IMG/VR virus record: IMGVR_UViG_3300007513_000010
Length of the DNA stretch: 64,000 nt
Strand: one strand, 5' to 3'
Source: a virus
Each line of letters starts with the position of its first letter. Within the stretch, counting starts at the first letter, position 1. The notes below the pieces were generated by a model, which was given only the letters and a program-made list of their open reading frames with translations, did no database searches and had not been told where the DNA came from. The position numbers and the translations under genes are program-made. This document shows, one piece after another, positions 45,860-54,800 of the stretch.

Positions 45860-48800
45860 GCGGAAAAGATCAAGGCGGTAAAACAGGCGGCTCAAAGTTG
45901 GGAGACTTCCTTAATAAGGAAAAGTCTATCCTAAACAAGAGCCTGGAAGACATCTCGCGCGACGCCGAGTCGCCAAAGTTTATTAAATCAAAATCACAGT
46001 CTAGAAGTAGGTTTTTGCCGGATATAGACTATTCTCAGCCATCTAATTTTGCGCGCTTCGGCTCCGCGGAGAGATACTACAAAGACTCTATTGAGAGGAT
46101 CTACAAAACCTATCCATATGATGGATCAAAGCACGAACAAGAAGAGTGGTTCTTGTCATCTTCTCATTTAGATTTATATCTCTTTAAGAAAGAGTATCCT
46201 CACGCCACCGGCGCCGTGAAATTTTCTCATTCTGGCTGGGGTTCTAAAACTGGTGCGTCACAACAATCTTATGGACAACCGGCAGATAAGCAGTACATAT
46301 TGTTTTACGGTGGTCCGACAAAGGGAGATTTATACGATACTTCTTTGGGGAGAGAGAGTTGCTTAAAATTTACCCCAACTGCGGGCAACACTGTAGAGTT
46401 CTGGCTTAAGAAAGGAGAATATGTCAATTCTTTGACAGAAAAAGAAGTAATATTCGACTGCTACAGCAAAAACGCCGCAGGCGCAGCTGACACTGCTCGC
46501 TTTAAAATAGAATTAGATTCTACAGTAGGTTCAAGTGCCAGCCCCTTTAAGCTAACTTATATGTCTGGTAATGTAGGTTTAAACCACGTTTCGGTAGGAA
46601 CGGTTTCAAAATCCGCATTGGTGGATAACAAGTGGCATCATTATGCATTTTCATTGGTTGCCTCTGGGTCGGTACTTAAGCATGATTTTTATGTTGACGG
46701 AGTGATAAACGAACAGGGGACAAGTTCTATCGCACCCATGGGAGATAGCAATCGAAACATGATAGCTACACTTGGATCCCTGGTTACGACAGTTTCCTCG
46801 CAAGCTGGTCTAGGCTGGGGTAAGCTGTCAGGCTCCTTGGATGATTTCAGGTTTTGGAAAAAATATAGGAATCCAAAAGATGTCGGCCGGTTTTATCACG
46901 ATTCTGTAAACGGTGGCACTAAAAATGATCACACTAATTCTAGTTTGGGAATCTACTTTAAGTTCAACGAGGGTATAACTGGAGACTACTCACAGGACAG
47001 TACGATATTAGATTATTCCGGATGGGCAAAAAACGGTGCGGTGGTTGGGTACACTTCAGGCTTTAGAACGGAAGAGAGTGCCATTCATGAATCAGGGGCA
47101 ACAAAGTGGACAGAAAAGGGTGATCCAATCATGTTGCCGATACATCCAAAAGTCGACAACATGTTGTCGACTTTTAAAACAAAGGGTCAGGCCTGGGATA
47201 TAGAGAACACGAACAATCTTTTTAATACTTTTCCTTCATTTATGTTAGAAGAGGATAGGGGAAGGCTTTATGAATTAATTCAAATTATGTCGAGCCAGTT
47301 CGATGAAATATATACACTTATAGAGCATTTGCCAAAATTAAAAAGAAAAGGTTTTAAAGACGTAAACGTTTCTGGCAGTGCGTCAATAAGAACAAAAGCA
47401 AATTCAGAAGTTCACAATAAAACATATTGCGACCCAGATTATCAGACAGAGAACACCGGTGGCCGATTTGAAGACCCAACAAAAGTAAAACTAATACCAG
47501 ACGGTAGAGGTATATTTGGGGGAGCAGACCTTTTTTCTTCTTTCTTGGATCGTGATGACAGAGAGCAGTACGATTACAGTCTTTTGCAGATAAGGGACTT
47601 TTTTATACAAAACCTCTACAATACCGCAACAGAAATTAACAAAAGGAAAGGGACAGAGGATTCGTTTAGAAATCTTATAAGATGTTTTGGCATAGATGAC
47701 AAAATAATAAAACTAAACATATATGCAGACAACTTTGAATATAAAGTAGATGAAAGTCAATTACACACTGTTTCTAAGCAGAAATCGCTAAATTGTGGGG
47801 TCACCGATCACTTTAACGCAACCGTGCACCACAACACTGGGAGCGCTTCGTACACTAGAAACTATATCGCCGGTTCCACGCCAACAAACTCAGGACAAGG
47901 GATCACTCTAGAGGGAAATGTGATCTTTCCAAAGGTAGATTCAGAGGCTAGTCCCTATTATGTTTCAAAAGATTTTGAAACAATTTCAATTTTCGGAATG
48001 CACAAAGCAGAGTTGCTTACAGAAAATCTTAAAGTTGATTACTCAAATCCAGCAAGCTTTCAGGTTCAGGCAGTCAGAGACATAGTTAGGCCAAATGATG
48101 TGCATTTTAGGTTAACAAGTTCTGCGGGGTTGATAACAGAACTAACAAGCAGTGTATATCAGGAGATTTATGACAATAAGCCGTGGAACCTGTCTATCAG
48201 GATAAAGCCAAATTCAGAGTCCTTGTTCGGAACTTTGACAGGATCTGTAGACAAGAACTACACTTTGGAGTTTTCAGGGTACAATTACGATTTGGACTCT
48301 TTGAGCGAAACTTTTCAACTTACTGCTTCTCTCTCTTCCGCTGTAGCTAACGCTGTCTTGGCAGCCAACAAGCGCGTATATATGGGCGCCCACCGAAATA
48401 ACATGACTGGGTCAACGAGAGAGAAGACTGATCTTAGATTTGTTTCTCTGTCTTATTGGCAGGATTATTTAGAGTCTGCCGAGCTGCAAGCCCACGCGCG
48501 AGACTTCGGAAACATTGGCCGCCTAGGTTTGTATAAAAATATAGATGTCAATGCCGGAGCGCTGGATAATTACGACATTCGGAAAAATGACGCTCTTGCA
48601 CTTCATTGGAATTTCGAAATGCATACAGCATCTTCAGATACTGGTGTTATGGACATTTTGGATATTTCCAGCGGCTCCTTGGACACTATTGGTGCGTTCG
48701 GTCACTATGGAAACATAGTAGGGTACCAGCATCCAGGAAAAGTACAATTTGCAAACATTCCTTCAAAGGCTATTATGCAAGAGTTCTTATCAGTTTCTAA

Positions 48801-51800
48801 ATTTTCATATTTGGAAAACATCCATTCAAGCGATCAGGTTCAAATTTTAGATTTAGACAGGACGACCTTTAAAAGAAATGAAAAACCAATAACTTTCTTT
48901 TATTCTTTTGAGAAGAGTATGTATGCTGCCATTTCAGAAGAGATATTGAAGTATTTTGCTGGCCTAATCGAGTTCAACAACCTGATTGGCGAACCGGTAA
49001 ACAAATATAGGTCAGATTATAAGGGCTTGAGAGTGTTAGCTCAAAGGTTTTTTGAAAAATCTCAAGGAGACCTAGATTATGATAGGTTTGTTGAATTTTA
49101 TAGATGGGTGGATGACTCAATTTCTAAATTTATAGATCAAATTAAGCCATATTCGGCCCGGTTTTCGAAGAAAATTTTAAATGTGGTCGAAAGCCACACA
49201 CTAGAAAGAAACAAATATGACCACAAATTTCCAACGATAGAGATGAAATTGAATGACCCAATTGCACCTATTTTGGGCATAAACGAATTATTGTATGATT
49301 GGGAACACGGCCATGCGCCATTAACAACAACAGTTTCTTCTGGTACTTTAGCCGCGGCCACTGGAAAGATTACGATTATGGGCAGTTCCGCTTCTTTGTT
49401 GGACGGGGGAACTGTGACAATAACAAATACTGCAGGCCTAGAGAAGGTGTATATATTTGACGATGACGGCGACGGTGCCACCGGAACGGTAGATGGTTCC
49501 GGAAGAGTGAGAGTTCAGATTAGTGGTTTTAGTAAAGACGCCATGGCCACCCAGTTGAAGAATGCAATTAATCACGACAATGGTCACGGAGATACGATTA
49601 CTATTACGGGACCAGGCCTAGAGTGGTCCGATGACGGAATATTAAATTTTACCCAAGCCACAGCCGGGTCAGCCGGAAACGTAACGATCACAAGCACTGT
49701 CAGTAGTGGATATTTCGACCCGGAAGGTTTTAGCGGCGGCACGGGAGGTTCAACTTCTAGCAGATCCGAGAAAGATAAATGCTTGTGGTGGAAAGATCGA
49801 GCAGACAGGAGGCATGATATTCCAGCGGCCGCCTCTGTAGACAAAGACAGAGAGAGGCAAAGAGTTGCAAGAAACACCCACGCATCTGGCTCAACTTATG
49901 TATTGCGAAAACTATCAAGACCCTATAAATTTGGGGTCACCATGCAGACAGGTTTTAGATCAGGGCAAAATAGAAAAACAAACAAAAATGATGAGTTCTA
50001 CAAGTCAGTATCAAAATTTGGCAGCACAGCAAATATAACCCTTCCAGCGGTAGATATAATAGAGGACACTTATTGTAATGATATTATAGATCCGAACTAC
50101 AAAGAAAGATTTAGAATTAAATCTTATACGGTGGGAGTTGATGGATATTATGATAGGGACTCGGATTATAGTTTGCCGTTTAGTCTGTTTTCATCGTCGG
50201 CTGGTTCATCTTTTCCGAGCACCAAGGCCGGCTTGATCGTGACGAACAACCATCATGATCATTACGGCGATGATCACGAGATTCCATTACAGGGGCCCTT
50301 TACTGAGGCTCACGTTGGAGGTATGCCTCACCGCCATGAATCTTTAGCAGGTACACTTAGCCAGGCTCGCGCAACAATTCAGGTTGACACTGGAGAACTT
50401 GGAACAACAACGTTGATTCTTAAAAACTCTGGAGGAACTACTCATACGATTACTGCTGCAGCTCTAGGTGCGAGTAATCCATCAACTGCAACAAAGATAA
50501 ACACTGACCTCATTGGAAACGCTAATGACGCTACTGTACAAATGAAGGTGTCTTTGGACGCCGCCAACGCGGCCGGCAACATTAAGATGAATGTTTCCAC
50601 TATTACTAATAATTCGGACGGGAACCCTAGAATAATAACTTTAACTCAATTTGATACTGGTGGTCATGGGAACACACCGATCGCGGGTACCATGGTGTCT
50701 GGAAACAAGGTTCTTGTTAATAGTTTGGACCCCGACAGCGCCCATGGTGAATTATTTTTCACTGGGGGGAATCGCATAGAGAGGTTAGAAGCCTATGAAG
50801 TAAGGTCGGATGCGAACTCTATTACCATCCATCCGGTACCAGCTTCTGATCCTAGATCTTATTATTTTAGAGATGGTCTAGCAAAAAGGCCTGTAAATAT
50901 TGCAAACATTAAATATACAACAGGGTCAGCAATATTGGGAAATTACGACCGCGACTATCAAGTAGTGCTTACTAACGGGCGCTCTTTGAACAACAATGAT
51001 TTTGTTGATAATGAGGGTTTTTCTTTTTCTGGCTCTGCATCAACCTTTATAAACGAAATTATAGATACATCTAAGCCAGCGAGAACAAAGACGGAACATG
51101 TAATAGTTAATAGGTTTAGCAATGCAGGCCCAGAAACGGCAGCAGACTCTAACGGAGGTTATTCTGTAGATGTGGAGTCAGGAGAGTTCTCAGCCTATAA
51201 TACAATTAATTATAAAAACATGAATGCGAGAAGGATCCTAAGCAGGCTTCATATTGAAAAGTCAGAGCAATTTGGTCTCCGATCAGGCTCCTTGAACACT
51301 TTGCTTGATTATACTCTAACAAGTAGTTTGGATGGCCCAACTGAAATCAGGCCGTCTATGGCGACTTCTGTTCATATGCAAAACAGAAACCCTCACTACT
51401 ACCTGGATCTTCCCGTCAGAGCAACTATGACGATTATGACGGACACTGGCACTCTGAGTACAAACTCCTTGACGCTTAAGAATTCTGACGGAACGACGCA
51501 CACCATTAGTGCTGCAGCCTTAGGCGGCGGGAACCCCTCTACGGCGACACAAGTAAATACAGATATTGTTGGTAACGCCAACGATGCAGCAACACAAATC
51601 AGGGCATCGCTAGCGGCCGCTGCGACAGCAGGCAGCATAGATATGATAGTGTCGGCGGTCACGAACAACTCTGCAGGAGACCCTCGAGTCATTACTTTAA
51701 CCCAAAACCACCCCGGCACTACTGGCAACACAGAGGTTGCGGGATCTTTGGTTAGCAGTAACAAGCTCATCATAAATAATATAACTGCTGGTGGATCACA

Positions 51801-54800
51801 TGGTGAGTTATTTTTTACTGGCGGTGCCAACCCTGGCTCTTATGATTATGACAACTTTGTGGTGTATCACCAGATCCCACAAAATGATATCCAGTACACT
51901 TGGATAACAGCATCCTCTACGGATACTATAAAAACTTTCAGAGGACACACTTCTAATTTTACTATCCCGTCATCTTCCGGCCACCAATACCCTGCAGAGA
52001 TTCAATTTTTGCAAAAGAGCGACCATGCAAGCTACTGGTGGATGGAGCCGAGCACATACTCTCGCATTTGGGGTATTGCCCCCGGATATGCCTCCGCCGA
52101 GGGTGAGAACCCCCCGGGCTATCAGCAACCCGTTTATACTGATTTTGTGGGAATGAATGCAAATATATATGAACCGGTGTCTTCTTCTATAAATACCTTA
52201 GGTTATTCATCTTTGGAATTTAGTGACACCGCCAAGGCCGGCCACACGGGCCTCTTTGTGAGTATAAATTACACAAATCAGACTTTTCTTGATGGTAATT
52301 TTGTTTATGGCGGCCAAACCTCACCCGGCGAAGAATCAAGAGTCTATGGGGTAGGCAGCCACGGATATGCTTGGGGCAATATGATCCTTAACGCACTAAT
52401 ACAACATCGACAGGGCCCTTATGGTTGGCCATCATGGAAACAGCTCCGCGGAGCATCTCATCCAATTATGAGAAGTCATAGAAAAAATAACCAATATTCT
52501 ATACATTTTCGAGAAGGGGTTCCTAGTACTTCGCCGATAGTGGACTACGAATACGATATATCACCCCGCGGTTCTAAAATAAAGGACAAATCAGCAAGAT
52601 ATTCTAGTAGGGTTGCAAAGAATTATTTTGATATTCCTGTTACATCCAAGTTTGATCCATTTGTAATGATGAATTTTTCGGACTCAACTCTTCGGTTCAT
52701 AGAAGACATGGGTTCGGGCACCGGTGATCAGGTGATGGAAAACGTTCTTTGGTGGCTTACTGATGTTAGCACAGTCTTTCAGCCTGATTCTCAAATGTTT
52801 GAGAATATGTATTTTGCAGTTCGAGACACATACACAAATGCGATATCTACTTTTTCAAATCCTGAAATTATTAGTGCTCTCAAGATAGATGAGGTGACAC
52901 ACCAGCCCATGGAATCAATGATGGCCGCTTATCAGGATGATAGCAGGGCAGACAAGCCAGACGCTTTTCATCAGATTAACTACCTTGAAGCAATATACCC
53001 AAGAGAGATCAACACATATACAAAGAATGCCAGAAATAGAGAGAATTTTGTTTTTCACTCTTGGAATTCTGATAGATCTAAGAGAGAAAACATTTTAATC
53101 GGAAGTGCAATATCGGCATATTCAGATAATTCTGTAATTTTTCCAAAAATTAGACCAGTTATAGAAAACTATACGGAAACAAATTCTCTTTTTGTGGACA
53201 CCTTAGATTACAAGAACTCCGGAGCGACGATAGTTCAATACATTACATCAAGTGCGTGGCTGCTTGATAGTCGTAAAGACTTTTCTAAAGAGCCCCTTTC
53301 TCTTACCGCATCATATACATCCACTAATGCTAGCTTTTTAGCAAATAGAGACCAGGGAGTCAGAGGCGAAGGGGAGCTACAAAATGATTATAGTATATTT
53401 GGCCTAGGTTATAATAGAATTCATGGAACCCCTCCTCCTGCTTTGGTGTATAATCGTCGCATTCCACAGCCGTACGGCACATATGGCGCCGACGGCTATG
53501 AGGAGTATTTAGCAGGGGAAAGCAAGTGGGAGGTGAACAAGGATAGTAGTTCTCCATTTTACGATAAATACACAGATTACAACGAAGAGATAAGATTAGT
53601 AGGGCAGAACTATTCTCTGGTCCCTGAATTCAAGATAAGTGACCACATAGAGACCATCGTCAAATTATCTGACCAAAGCACATCTCGAGAAGACTTTAAC
53701 ACGCCGCTAGAAACTTTGTTAAGCTTGACAGGAGGCGTCTACAATACTTCTCATGGAACTTTGGCAGTCGGTTCTAATTTTTATAAAACATATTCGACAT
53801 CAGATTTCTTAAAGTATTTCGGAACAATTCAAGACTCTTTCGAAGAATCAAATGCCCCTTTTGCCCCCGGGCGCCTCACACTAAAGTGCAAGGGTGTTAT
53901 GAAATTTTTGCCCTATAGGGGCTTTTATCCGGTCGAGAGAACAGCGCAGATAGGTGAAATTTTTACTAAATGTTACTTGCAAGACTATAGATATAAATCT
54001 TTAAACGGCTCAGACGTGAGTGATCATTTAGATAAAAAGATGTCAGGGTCTTTGCATCATGCTATAAAACCTCTCATGGCTCCTGGGGTTTTGTATAATT
54101 CGATCAAATCTGGGGTTGCAGTTGATTATCCTTTGTTTGAGAATGATATAAGGGGAACTAAGGCAATAGGGTTCATAAACATCAATCTTTTGGATGCTTC
54201 AAAGACAGCGTGGACCGCAAATTCAATTTCCTCTGCAGGGACATACCCAAAGATACAAATGGGACTATTAGAGGCGGATGGTACAACAACAACAAAGACA
54301 TTCCACTTCTTTTCGGATGCAGTAGACAACGCGAGTGAGTCAACTCACGTTAAATATGTTGATGTTGGCCAGCCTCCAGAACTTGCAGCTTCGCTTGACC
54401 GCAGGTCTGCATCTAGAAACACTCAGGTTGCTCGACAGCTTTCTGCTAAGCTGGTCGCCGCCGGCTTTGAAGTGGTGGATTTAAATTATTTAGTTGAGAC
54501 GGATTATTCTGTTATCAACACCGATGGGTCGATCTCATCAGGAACCAATCCACCAGACCGAATGCCCACTGCCTTGTGGTCAACTGGAGATCCTGACTTT
54601 AACATAGGCGTCATCCCCGACCCCGGTGAAGATAGTTCCGGCCGCGCGAAGGCCATGTACATTCCTGGTGTTGGGCTGGTTTCAGTGCCGGGAGTAGGGG
54701 GAGCTTGTATTGTTTTTCGGCAGCCTTATGTTGGTTCTTCTGGTAACGTTGCGCTGAGTGTGTCTGATGGTGTGCGAGATGGCTCTGGTCAAGAAGCAAG

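Noticed and set aside
50362-51825. Diversity-generating retroelement TR/VR pair
   Set aside because: Both copies are in-frame coding, differences are spread over all bases and many synonymous sites rather than being adenine-specific, and no reverse transcriptase is present.
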